DNA of 63,583 nt, filler included, from Ministeria vibrans ATCC 50519 (GCA_943704425.1; 7 parts of 7 records of this genome joined end to end with filler, not necessarily neighbours in it), one strand, 5' to 3'. Counted from the first letter of the whole stretch, positions 11,901-24,562 are shown. Translations and numbers: made by a program. Notes: a model not told the origin generated them from the letters alone.

Positions 11901-14900
11901 CGAGCATCACCTGCGGCAAGTACCACGCCTGCGGCCTGCGCATCGACACGCAACGTGTCGAGTGCTGGGGCGAGGACTACTTTGGGGTTGTGTCGGGCGC
12001 TCCCGCCACCACCCTTTTCAGCAATGTCGATGCGGGCGCACGTGTTACGTGCGGTGTCGAAGTGGGCTCGGGCAACGTCAAGTGCTGGGGTGAGACCTCG
12101 TATGGTGTCACCGGTGCGTGGCCGGATGCTCCCTACGAATATGTGCAGGCTGGCGAGCGCCACGGGTGTGCCGTGCACACCAATGGCTCGGTGACGTGCA
12201 TTGGCAAGGACGGTGTGGGCATTCCCTCGACGGTTGTGCCCGCCGGCCTCGTAGTTGCCGGCTACGGTGGCGAGACACGTCTCGACTTCTACGACTGTGT
12301 CTGCCCCATCGGCTACACGGGGGTCAACTGTGAGACCAATCTGGACGATTGTGACTCGTCGCCGTGCACCAACGGTGGCCAGTGCGTCGATGGTATCTGG
12401 TCGTACCATTGCGACTGCCCCAGCGGTTTCACTGGATCTCATTGCGAGTCGGATATTGACGAGTGTAGTTCGTCGCCCTGCTCCAATGGCGCCACCTGTA
12501 CCGATGGCGTCGACGGCTTTTTCTGCACGTGCGCCTCGGGCTTCACCGATGTGATCTGCTCGATGGAGATTGACGAGTGCGCCTCATCACCATGCACCAA
12601 CGCCGGCACGTGTAGCGACGCTCTTGATGGATTTGCCTGCGCCTGCCACTCGGGTTTCACCGGTGCTAGCTGCCAGACCGACATCAACGAGTGCGGATCG
12701 TTCCCGTGTGTCAACGGCGCCACCTGCCAGGACATGGTCGACGGCTTCAACTGCGACTGTGTGCCAGGCTATACTGGCATTCGCTGCGAGACAAACATCA
12801 ACGAGTGTGCGTCGCAGCCGTGCGTTAACGGCGCCACGTGCGACGACCAGATCAACCAGTTTGTGTGCATGTGCGTGCCCGGCTACACAGGCGTCCACTG
12901 CGAGACAGACATCAACGAGTGCGCCTCGAGCCCATGCTCCAATGGTGGCACCTGCGACGACCGCCTCAACCACTTCGTCTGCATTTGCGCCTCGGGCTTC
13001 ACCGGCTCGAGGTGCCAGACGGACATCAATGAGTGCGCCTCAGTACCCTGCCAGAATGGTGCAACCTGCACGGACGGCGTCGACGGCTACAGTTGTTTGT
13101 GTGTTCCTGGCTTCACCGGCATTGAGTGTGCCTGGCAAATTCAAGAGTGTGCCTCGTCGCCTTGCGTCAACGGTGGCTTCTGCATCGACAAACTCGATGC
13201 CTTTGAGTGCACCTGTCCCAACGGCTACTCGGGTGCTCACTGCGAGATTGACATTGACGAGTGCGCCTCGTCACCTTGCTACGCCGGGCAGGGATACTGC
13301 CACGACCTGCTCGACGGCTACAACTGTGCGTGCCACGACGGATTTGTTGGTGTGCACTGCGAGACGGACGTGGACGAGTGCGCCTCGTCGCCGTGCGACT
13401 CGATTGGTACGGACGGCTGCGAAAACCGCGTGCCATACTGGCACTGCCGTTGCAAGGCTGGCTTTTACGGCGTCCGTTGCGAGACCAACATTAACGAGTG
13501 TGCCTCAAACCCGTGCCGCAACGGTGGTGTTTGCAACGACGCTGTGGACGGCTACCATTGCACTTGTCCGCCCAACCATACTGGTTTTAACTGCGACAGC
13601 GATCTTACAGCCGTCTCGCCCATTCTCGACCATCCCACATCGTGCTCGTTCGAGACCGACCCGTCCCTCGGCTACGACATGTGCCGCACCATCTGGGGCT
13701 GGATTAACCGCGCCTCGTACGCCATCACCTACTCGGCCAGCACGCCCGAAAACGAATTCTCACCCGCTCCCACCTACCGCGGCCAGCCAGCAACCTTCTC
13801 GCCCGGTCGCGTCTTCTCGGCTCTCATTGTCGACGAGCCGTGCACCACGGACATTGTGCGCTGGACCATTGGCATGGAAACCACCACGGCTGGTGTTAAA
13901 CACATCAGCATGGAGTGCGGCGTGTGCGGCGGTTGCCGCAACGGCGGCTACTGCGACCAGTACACGCCGACCTGCATCTGTGCGCCCGGCTACACAGGCG
14001 GCGCCTGCGAGACAGACATTGACGAGTGCGCGTCGGAGCCGTGCCAGCATGCCTCCACCTGTGTCGATGGTGTCGACGGCTACCAATGCATCTGCTCCGC
14101 CGGCTTCACCGGCCCCAATTGCGAGTCGGACATTGATGAGTGCGCTTCGTCCCCTTGCTCGCTCATTGGCACGGCCACGTGCAACGACAACATCAACTAC
14201 TTCACGTGCACCTGCAAGCCGGGTTATGAGGGTGCTCTTTGCGAACTGAACACCAACGAGTGTGCCTCAGACCCATGCGACCCGCGTGGTACCATCGCCA
14301 ACGGCTGCGTCGACCTTGTGGCGCGCTGGCAATGTCAGTGCAAGACGGGCTACACGGGCTACCGTTGCCAGACGGACATCAACGAGTGCGCGTCGCAGCC
14401 TTGCCAACACGGCGGCTACTGTGGCGACGAGGAGGGACGCTTCCGCTGCTACTGTCTCCTCGGCTACACGGGCACTCGCTGCGAGACGGACATTAACGAG
14501 TGCGACTCGTCGCCATGCCGCAACGGTGCCACTTGTCATGACGTGCTCGCCGCCTTCCACTGTAACTGCGCGCCGGGCTTCACTGGTGTCCAATGTGAGC
14601 AGGAGATCAACGAGTGCGCCTCAAACCCCTGCTCACTCTTTGGCACCTGCTTCGACCTCATCAACGCATATGTGTGCCAGTGCGATGCGGGCCACGAGGG
14701 TGACCACTGCGAGATCAATCTGTGCTACCACACCGTGTGCAAGAATGGCGGTACCTGCTCAAACCCACTCGGCCGCGATGTGTTCTGCCAGTGTCTGCCC
14801 GGTTTCACCGGCGAGTTGTGCCAGACGGACATTGATGAGTGCGCGTCGTCGCCGTGCGATGCGCCTGGCACACACTTCTGCTACGACGAGGTGGACCGCT

Positions 14901-17900
14901 TCCGTTGCATCTGCAACCCCGGGTACACCGGCAACCGCTGTGAGGTTGAAATCAACGAGTGCGCCTCAAACCCGTGCCACAATGGTGCCACGTGCCTCGA
15001 TGCCATCGACTCGTACCTGTGCTACTGCGTGCCCGGCTACACCGGCACCCACTGCGAGACAAACATTCCCGAGTGTCTCAGCTCGCCGTGTCAGAATGGT
15101 GCCACGTGCAACGACCACGTCAACTCGTTCTCCTGCTCGTGCTCCATTGGCTACGCCGGCGACCTGTGCGAGACGCTCGTGGACGAGTGCGCCTCCAACC
15201 CGTGCATCAACCACCGCATGTGCTGGGACCGCCTTGGCTACTACGACTGCGAGTGCTTGCCCGGCTGGCGTGGCCAGCAGTGTGAGATCAACGTCGATGA
15301 GTGTGCCTCGAACCCCTGCAAGTATGGCGCGACGTGCATCGACCTTGTCAACGCCTACCGCTGCACATGCCCTCCAGGTCTCACCGGCACCAATTGCGAC
15401 GTTGAGATTGACGAGTGCCAGTCGTCGCCGTGCCTCGGCGGCTTTTGCACCGACGTCTTCAATGGATTCCTGTGCACGTGCCTCTCCGGATACACCGGTG
15501 TGTTGTGCGACGAGAATGCCAACGAGTGCGCGTCGAACCCTTGCCTTAACGGCGGCCAGTGCGTCGACCACTTCAACTTCTTCTCGTGCAGCTGCGCCAG
15601 TGGCTGGCAGGGACACTTGTGCCAGATCAACGTCAACGAATGCGACTCGTCGCCTTGTCAGCACTACGGCACCTGTACCGACCAAATTGACGGCTATACG
15701 TGCGCCTGCCACCCGGGCTTCACCGGTCCCAACTGCGACCTTGACTTTGACGAGTGCATTTCGAACCCGTGTCATAACGGCGGATCGTGCCGCAACGGCA
15801 TCGTCTCCTTCTCGTGCGACTGCCCCAGCGGCTGGACCGGCAATCTTTGCCTCGAGATTGACGAGTGTGCTTCGTCGCCGTGTCAAAACACAGGCACATG
15901 CGTCGACCAGCTTGGCGGTTTCTATTGTAACTGCCCTCTGGGCACTGCCGGACCTCTGTGCCAGATCAACTTCCCCGACTGTGTCAGCGCACCTTGCCTC
16001 AACGGCGCTACCTGCGTCGACGGCCTGACCACCTACTCGTGTGCGTGCGCCCCCGGCTTTACCGGCACCCATTGCGAGGAGGACATCAATGAGTGTGCCT
16101 CGAATCCATGCGAAAATGGCGCGACGTGCAACAACAACATTGGCGAGTTTGTGTGCGACTGTGCGCCCGGCTGGGAGGGTGTCCAGTGCAACGTTGACAC
16201 GGACGAGTGTCTGTCGGCCCCGTGTCTCTTCGGCGCGTCATGTGTCGACCACCTCAATGGATTCTCGTGCGAGTGCAGCGCAGGCTACACCGGCGCCGTG
16301 TGCCAGACTGACATTGACGAGTGTGCCTCGTACCCGTGTGTCCACGGAGGAACCTGCCACGATCACATTGACGGCTATGTTTGCTCGTGCCCCAACGGCT
16401 TCCTGGGCATTCACTGCGAGACGGACATTGACGAGTGTGCCTCGGCTCCGTGCCAGAATGGCGCCGCCTGCATTGACCTCGCCAACAGCTACTCGTGCAC
16501 GTGCCTCGCCGGCTTTGAGGGCACGCACTGCGAGACCAACATTAACGAGTGTGCTTCGGCACCGTGCGAGAATGGCGCCACATGCCACGACCAGATCAAT
16601 GGCTACACGTGCGCCTGTGTGCCAGGCTACACGGGCGCCGAATGCCAGACGGACATCAACGAGTGTGCTTCGTTCCCGTGCCAGAACGCTGCCACATGCA
16701 TCGATCAGGTGAACGGCTACTCGTGTGTGTGCGCGCCCGGATGGAACGGCGTCCACTGCGAGATCAACATCAACGAGTGCGCTTCGGTGCCGTGCCAGAA
16801 CGGCGCCACCTGCAACGACCGTGTCAACAACTACGTCTGTGTGTGCGCCGCCGGCTACACTGGCACGCACTGCGACGCAGACATCAACGAGTGTGCATCA
16901 AACCCCTGCGTACACGGCAGCTGCAGCAACCTGCTTGATCATTTTGTGTGCACATGTGAGCCTGGCTGGATGGGCAGCCGCTGTGACTCAGACACGGATG
17001 AGTGTGCGTCCGACCCGTGCCACGCCGACAATACGGCCATGTGTGACAATAGCCTCAATGCCTTCAAGTGCGTGTGCAAGCCGGGCTTTGAGGGTACCTT
17101 GTGCCAAACGGAGATCAACGAGTGCGCCACCTACCCGTGCGCCAACGGTGGCATCTGCTTCGACGGAGTGGCCGAGTACCGATGCGTGTGTCAGCCCGGC
17201 TGGACTGGCACTCAGTGCAAGATTGACGTGCTCGAGTGCGCGTCGCAGCCCTGCCAGAATGGAGCAACATGCGTCGAGGGACAGAACGTCTTTGGATGCG
17301 AATGTGTCGCGGGCTACACGGGCGCCACGTGTGCCGTCGACATTAACGAGTGTGCGTCGCAGCCTTGTCAGAATGGCGCCACCTGCGTCGATCACCTCGA
17401 CGGCTACTCGTGCCAGTGCCGCCCGGGCTGGACCGGTGTCACCTGTGGCGATGATGTCCCCGAGTGCCAAAGCTCGCCGTGCCAGAACTTTGCGACATGT
17501 TTTGAGGGCACCAACGAGTTTGCTTGCGCCTGCGCCACTGGCTTTACGGGCACTCTCTGCGAGATCAATATCGACGAGTGTGCCCCGCAGCCCTGCGCCA
17601 ACGGCGGTACCTGCCTCGACGTCGTCAACGGCTACAACTGTGTGTGTGTTGCGGGTTTCATTGGCTCATGGTGCAAGATCAACATTGACGAGTGCGCCTC
17701 TCAGCCGTGCACCAACGGAGGCCACTGCTACGACCGTGTCAATGGCTACGACTGTGAATGCCCGCTTGGCTATACGGGCGCCCAGTGCGAGAGCGAGATC
17801 CAAGAGTGCGCATCGATGCCGTGCCAGAACACGGGCACGTGCCACGACCTTGTCGATGGCTACTCGTGCGAGTGTCCGCTCGGTGTGGTCGGTGTGCACT

Positions 17901-19627
17901 GTCAGACGGACATTGACGAGTGTGCGTCGTCGCCGTGTGCCAATGGCCAGTGCAACGATCACTTTGGCAGCTTTACCTGCACTTGCAACGCCGGTTGGAC
18001 TGGCTTCACCTGTGCTTTTGACATTATGGAATGCCAGTCGTCACCGTGCCAGAACGGCGCCACATGTGTCGAGGGCACCGACGCCTACCGCTGTCTCTGC
18101 CTCGACGGCTTTGACGGCGACTACTGCCAGTTCAACCGCGACGACTGTGCTTCGCAGCCGTGTGCCAATGGCGCCACCTGCGAGGACCACTTTGGCTACT
18201 ACACGTGCACGTGTGCGCTTGGGTTTGTCGGCACCGAGTGTTTGGTGAACGTTGATGAGTGCGCTTCGCAGCCGTGTGTGCACGGTGCATGTGTCGACGG
18301 TGTCAACGGTTTCACTTGCTCGTGCGACCTTGGCTACTACGGACTGCTGTGCGACTCGCTTATCGACTACTGTCTGTCGAATCCGTGTTCGTCGCACGGC
18401 ACCTGCGACTCTCGCACCGGTGGCTACGTGTGTGTGTGCGCAACGGGCTTTTCGGGCCACGATTGCTCGACTCTGACAAGCTCGTGCTCGCCCAACCCGT
18501 GTGCCAACTCGGGCCATTGCTCCGACACGGGTCCCGGTACCTTCTCGTGTCTGTGCGTCAAGGGCTTTGCGGGGCCCACGTGTCAAGTGAACATTGACGA
18601 GTGCGCGTCGCAGCCGTGCCTCAACGGCGCCTCGTGCGTCGACGGTGTCAACGGCTACACGTGCACCTGTGCGCCCGGCTATGAGGGCACGTTGTGCGAG
18701 CAGGAGACGAATGAGTGTGCGTCGCAGCCGTGCCAGCACCAAGGCACGTGCTCGGACCATCTCAACGGCTACTCGTGTCTGTGCCGCTCGGGCTTCTACG
18801 GTGCCCACTGCGAAAACGACATTGACGAGTGTGCGTCGAAGCCGTGCCAGAATGGCGCCACCTGCCAGAACCGTGACAACAGTTTTGTGTGTGATTGCGT
18901 GCCGGGCTACGGTGGCAGTACGTGCGCCGTCGATATCAACGAGTGTGCGTCGTCGCCCTGTGGCTTCCACGGTGTCTGCAGCGACCACATCAATAGCTTC
19001 TCGTGTGCCTGCTACGTGGGCCATTCGGGAGATTTGTGCGAGATTGACTTATCGCTGCAGACGGGTGGCAGCGTGGGCGCCACGACGGCTGCTTCATCGG
19101 CGGGCGTCACTGCCGGCATTGTTGTCGGTGTGCTCATTGCTCTGCTTGTCGTCCTGGTGCTTGTAAGGCGTCGCCAAAAATCGCGCGACCAGGTTGGCGA
19201 AGTGTCGCTGCCGTCCACGCCGGCAGCGCGCGACGAGGGAGTTGACACTCTCTTTTCGGCCTGGACCGCTCCTAATGCCGCTGCCGCGCGTCGTCCGCGA
19301 TCCGCTGACAGTGACTTGTCGTCGGGTGCAAGCAGCGATGTGTTGTCGGACACGCAGTCGTCTGTGTACGGCGCGGCGCTGGGCGCAGCAGTGTTGCCCT
19401 CGTCAAGAGGTAGCTCGAGAAGATCATCGGTGGCGTCCACCAAGATGGCCGTGTCTCCCAGCGTCACCGACACCATTGACAATGATGCCGAGAACCTGTG
19501 GAGCTCGCCCGAGCGCAAGGCCAAGTCCAACGGCTCGCGCGAGCCCGCCATGCTCTTTGGTGCCATCGACTATGACGACTACGAGCAGGACAGTGATTTC
19601 GACGCGTCAGAGGAGACGCGTCTGTGA
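5937..19627 (+). CDS. Giant type I membrane protein, ~4,534 aa, ~93 Notch/fibropellin-type Ca-binding EGF repeats plus four non-EGF domains, TM helix, Ser-rich tail
   Basis: Signal peptide [20 protein letters not shown]; exon 1 5937-6821, phase-0 GT-AG intron (contains N gap), exon 2 6908-19627 in frame with the 4067-aa ORF; repeats D(I/V)(D/N)ECxSxPCxNG(G/A)TC...CxCxxG(Y/F)TGxxC counted by eye; TM ~19112-19165 followed by RRRQK. Confidence 0.93.
10250..10730 (+). repeat. About four near-identical 120-bp tandem units, each one 40-aa EGF repeat
   Basis: Sequence at 10381-10500 and 10501-10620 nearly identical; flanking units slightly more diverged. Confidence 0.9.
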
Positions 19628-19939
19628 GCCCATAACGCCTTTTTATGTTTGTTATTCCTTTTGAGAGGAGACACGAGTGTGTGTGAGTGAGAGGGGGAGA
19701 TGGAGAGAGAGAGCGATCACGACTATTTTGAATGAAAATCAGAAACACCAATCATTTTGAAACTTTTGCGAAATGACTCGTGAGTCGTGAGTAAATTGAG
19801 TTATTAATATTCCCGTCAGTGAAGCAAAAGTTTACTTCGCTTCATTGATCGTTTATTATGAAAATTCAATTAATTAGGAAAATGTATTCATTCATCACTG
19901 TAGTATCACTACTATAATTTGTTTGTTTTGTCATCAAGG

Positions 19940-20987
19940 ATGGAGGTGAAACGATTCGATGGGCAAGTGGCTGTGGTGACGGGGGGCGCACAGGGGCTGG
20001 GCAATGCGATTGCAGAACGGCTGTGGCGCGAAGGGGCTGTGGTTTCGCTGTGGGACATCGACGAGGCGCTGCTGGCCAAGGCATCCTTTGGCGCCAAATG
20101 TTCAACTACAAAGGTGGCGCGTACTGTTGGGAGAACGCGCGACCTGATAGGTTTTTTTTTGGGGGGGCGGGCTTTGTTTTTATTATAGGTTGATGTGTCG
20201 GACGAGACGAGTGTTGAAGCGGCCTTTGCCAAGTGCGTGGAGGTGCATGGACGCGTCGACGTTGTGGTGAACGCTGCCGGCATTGTGGGGCCGAATGGAA
20301 TCAAGACGGCGGAGCTGGACGCAGGCGCGTTCGACAAGGTAGTGTGGGGGGGACGAGGATGTGTCTCAGGCGGATGAGAGCTGCTCTGCTCTGTAGGTGT
20401 TCGCGGTGAACGGAAAGGGCTCCTTTCTCATGACCAAACATGCGCTGAAGCACATGGTGCCGCAGGACTACGGACGCATTCTCATGATTGCATCGATTGC
20501 GGGCAAAGAGGGAAACGCCGGTAGGGTGTAGTGGGTGCAAACACACGAACACACTGACTCTTGTCGACAATGTACCAGGCATGTGTGCGTATAGTACGAG
20601 CAAGGCCGCTGTGATTGGCATGGTGAAGGCAACCGGCAAAGAATACGCTGAGACAGGTGTGTCCCAGAAAGTGACACGGGATAATTATGTGTGAACTCTG
20701 TAAATTTGCGCAGGAATCACTGTCAATGCGATTGCGCCTGCCGTGGTCAAGACTGCCATGGTTGCCGCGATGGACCCCGTGCAAGTCAAGTACATGACGG
20801 ACAAGGTGAAGAGAAACAACGAAGAATCGAAGAGATGCGAATTGATAGCTTTTTGTCGCAGATCCCAAAGAAGCGCTGTGCAGAACTGACCGAGGTTGCG
20901 TCGCTGGCAACCTGGATTGTGTCCAAAGAGGCGTCATTCAACACCGGGTTTACTTTTGACTTGACTGGCGGAAGAGCAGTGTATTGA
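19940..20987 (+). CDS. Classical short-chain dehydrogenase/reductase (FabG-like; resembles 2-keto-3-deoxy-sugar-acid dehydrogenases), multi-exon
   Basis: VAVVTGGAQGLG, VVNAAGI, IASIAGKEGN, YSTSK catalytic motif, ITVNAIAP, C-terminal FNTGFTFDLTGGRAVY. Confidence 0.88.
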
Positions 20988-21145
20988 TTGATTATACAGA
21001 ATGCGTCGTATACGACGCAGTGCCCATGCTGATCAACAGTATCCAGCCACGTACAATTTACATTTACAGTTCAAAGTTCAAAGTGATCAAACGTCATAAT
21101 TTGTTATTTTTGCGTTCTTCTTCAATTATTTAGTCCGACTACACG

Positions 21146-22769
21146 ATGGCTTTAAGAGGTCGGGGTCAAATTGACGCTGTCATGGTGACTGGAGCTCCTG
21201 GCGTCGACATTCATGCGCTGGTCGAAGGTATTGTGAGTTTTGTGCGCTCGTCGCTGACTCACGCTCGCGGGTCTGCTGGCCAGGCATCAAGGGCGAGCCG
21301 GTCCCTGAACGATCAGACGACGGGTCTGTCGACACGTATGGCTGGACAATTGACAATCGCTACTACGTCGCACCTCTCGACATTCACTGCACCGACCGAT
21401 TTCTGAGCGACGACGACGAGCGCGAACTGTGGGGCCGGGTGGACGCGCTGGTCGTCGCCTTCAATGCACACGAGGTAGGGGTGTGGAGGCGAGGTGTGTG
21501 CGTGTGTGGAGTGTGCTGACGGGGATGGTAGGAGGCGACGTTTGAGCATGTGCAGCTGTGGCACAAGTGGATTGGCGAGCGGCGAGAGCCGGCCGTGCTG
21601 ATTTGCGCTGTAATGCGACAGCCGAATGCCCCCTTTGACACAACGGCGACGCTTCAGTGGTGTGTGGAGGCTGGGTTTGAGATGGTGGAGGTAGGGCTAC
21701 TGCTGTCTGTGCTTGATTATGGACAGCGGACGTTTTGTATAGGTGATTGTTGGGCGACACGGTCGAGCGGGACAGGTTGGGCTGCTGGGACGCAGCTTAG
21801 AAGGCAGTGCGGCACCAGTGCGGCATGAGATACAAGCGAATGGCGAAGAGGCGGAGGTGGAGGAGGGTCGAGGGAGAAGGGGCGACGCAGAGGAGGACAT
21901 GGAGGATGGGATCCAGCGCATGGTCGCCGCACTGCATGCGAATATGTGGCGTGGGATGGAGCGCAAAGGGGGCGCAAGTGCGGGTGCGAGAGCAGCAGCA
22001 ATAGTTGCAGCAGTAGCGCCGGAGAAAGACAGCGACAGCGACGGCGACAGTGACAGTGACAGTGAGCGGGAGGAGAGCACCATTGCGTACGCCGCAATGG
22101 CCGACGACAGTGGCGATGAGCACGATGGGAATGCTACTAGCGACGCCAGTAGTCATGGCGATGAGCACGACGGACCCAGTGCAGTTGCGTCTGCCCACGC
22201 CGCATCACACTCTGAGCCCGAGCCTGCGAGGCCCTCCCTCACCGGCGAACCACAACAGCCAGGTCCGCCCTGCCCCTTTGCTCTTTCTTCCTTCTCTCAC
22301 ACGCCTTTACTTTTTGTTTTTCTCTCTCTTTCTCTGTCCTTGCCCCTGTGCATCTGTTGGTGTCTAGGCGGTGCCTTCTTTGCCGCTGAGCAGATTCGAG
22401 TGCTCGAGAGTCTTTTTGGCGAAGACCCCGCTGCGACTGAAGAGCAGTCAATGGACACCTTTGAACGCGCCTTTTCCACCATGGCTCTGCTCAAGCGTAC
22501 GCCTCTCCGCACATTGTTGATTTATTAAATTTTGCTTTTTTTTTTGCTTTGTTGTGTGTCGTGTTCTCACTTGTTTCTTAACCCTTTCAGAGCGCGCGGA
22601 TGAACTTGCGCCCGAAGAACGACGGAAAATGGCCGAGTCTGTGGCGCTTTCCTTCTACCGCGCCATGGGCGGGGGGGACGAGGACGACGAGGATGACCTT
22701 GACCTTGCCGAGATGGGGCTGGACGAGGACGACGAGCACGCCGACTCGCTTTTGAGTGCCGACCAATAA
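21146..22769 (+). CDS. AAGAB: Alpha- and gamma-adaptin-binding protein p34, multi-exon
   Basis: WTIDNRYYVA, QWCVEAGFEMVE, GIQRMVAALHANMW, FERAFSTM, ERRKMAESVALSFYRAMGG - characteristic p34 motifs. Confidence 0.88.
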
Positions 22770-22867
22770 AATGCGCGCTCGATTTCTTGTGTTTTTGATT
22801 TTAATCTCGTGATCTCCCAAGAAACCAACGCTCAGTTTTTCTTCTCTCTGCACCTACCCACTACGTC

Positions 22868-24407
22868 ATGATCACCAGACTGGCGCTGGCGAGAGCGTGT
22901 GGGTTGACGCGTTGGCAATCGGCTGCAAACGTGATGCAACATCCGGCATCGAATATGCGCGCATTTCGTCGAGCCTTTATCTCGCTTGCCCGCGAGCCGG
23001 TGGCCGTCACCTCTGCCGTAGACAGTCGTGAAATCCAAGTGGCAGCTGCCCGCGCCGCCGCTGCGTCCGCCGTGGCGCGAATGCAGCAGACAGAGAGTGC
23101 GGCGCCTTCCGTCGACATGCCGCTGTCGTCAACGAGCGAGCCACGCGCCTCGCCGTCGACTGCCCTGGAGAACAGCACATTCATGGGCATGTCTCCCGAC
23201 TTCCCGTGTCTTCAGCGCGAGCAGCTGCGCAACAACGTCGTCGCCGAGCCAACGGTAACCCCTCACTCACACACACACACACACACACAAACACACACTC
23301 AAGGTGTCTGTGTCGCATCCTCTCACCCGCCATGCTTGTTTGTGTGCAGTATGACAATGTTGTGAGTGGCTATGAGATATTCCAGTCCAACGAACCGTTT
23401 CAGTGTGAATGGGGAGGGGTACTCCCCGAAGTGTCCGTGGCGTATGAGACGTGGGGCGAACTGAATGCGTAAGATGCATTAATTGGTCTAGTCAATATTA
23501 ATTTTTTTTTGTCATTCTTCAGAGACAAATCCAATGCTATTCTGATCCACACGGGACTGTCGGCGAGCTCTCATGCGAAGAGCCACGCAAAGAACCCGCG
23601 GGCGGGCTGGTGGGAGAAGTTTATCGGACCGGGGCTGGCAGTGGACACGGACAAGTTCTTTGTGGTGTGCACCAATGTGCTCGGGGGCTGCTATGGCACG
23701 ACAGGTCCCGCCTCGGTGAACCCAACGACGGGCGACGCGTATGCCATGACCTTTCCGTTGATCACCGTGCGCGACATGATTGACGTGCAGCTGCGACTGC
23801 TTGACTCGCTGGGCATCGCGACCCTCCATGCATCCGTCGGCGCCTCATTGGGCGGCATGCAGTCCCTCCAGCTTGCCGCACGCGCGCCCCATCGGACCCG
23901 TCGCCTTGTCAGCATCTCTGCCGCCGCACGCTCACACCCTCTCAGCATTGCTGTGCGCCATCTGCAGCGCAAGTCGCTTATGACCGACCCCAAGTGGAAC
24001 CACGGCAACTATTACGGTCAGGCACATCCCCACGCAGGTACACGTACATAGAGAAAGGAGGGAGAAAGAAACAGTGATAGAGAGAGAGAGAGAAGCTATA
24101 GAGAAATCAAAGGATGCAGAACAGACTAATAGATCATCTCTAACATGCCTCTTTCTACACCAGGTATGAAGCTTGCGCGGCAACTGGCAACCATCTATTA
24201 CAGATCGGGTCCAGAGTGGGAGATGCGCTTTGCAAACGACCGCATCAACCCCTCCGCCGCCCCCTCCTTCTGCCCCGACTTTCTTATCGAGTCTTACATT
24301 GACCATCAGGGCGAGCAGTTTTGTCTCCAATACGACCCCAACAGTCTGCTCTACATCAGCAAGGCAATGGACATATTTGATCTCGGAAAGTCGTCCGCCG
24401 ACCCTCA
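22868..24407 (+). CDS. MetX-family alpha/beta-hydrolase acyltransferase, closest to fungal Cys2-type serine O-acyltransferase; C-terminus not visible
   Basis: Arg/Ala-rich mitochondrial-type leader; [44 protein letters not shown], nucleophile [29 protein letters not shown]; segment with catalytic Asp/His absent. Confidence 0.85.
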
Positions 24408-24501
24408 GTACGTCCAAATTCCACTCACAATTTTCTTTTCTATCACTTTGTTTCTTTCGTTCTTCTCTCACACACACTCTCTCTTTATCACTTTGTTTCT
24501 T

Positions 24502-24562
<61 letters not shown>

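Noticed and set aside
6151-19566. Many long antisense and alternate-frame ORFs over the EGF gene
   Set aside because: By-products of GC-rich codon bias and repeats; no domain-like content.
5937-19627. Calling the gene Notch, Crumbs or Delta
   Set aside because: No LNR/ankyrin, laminin-G/ERLI or DSL domains seen.
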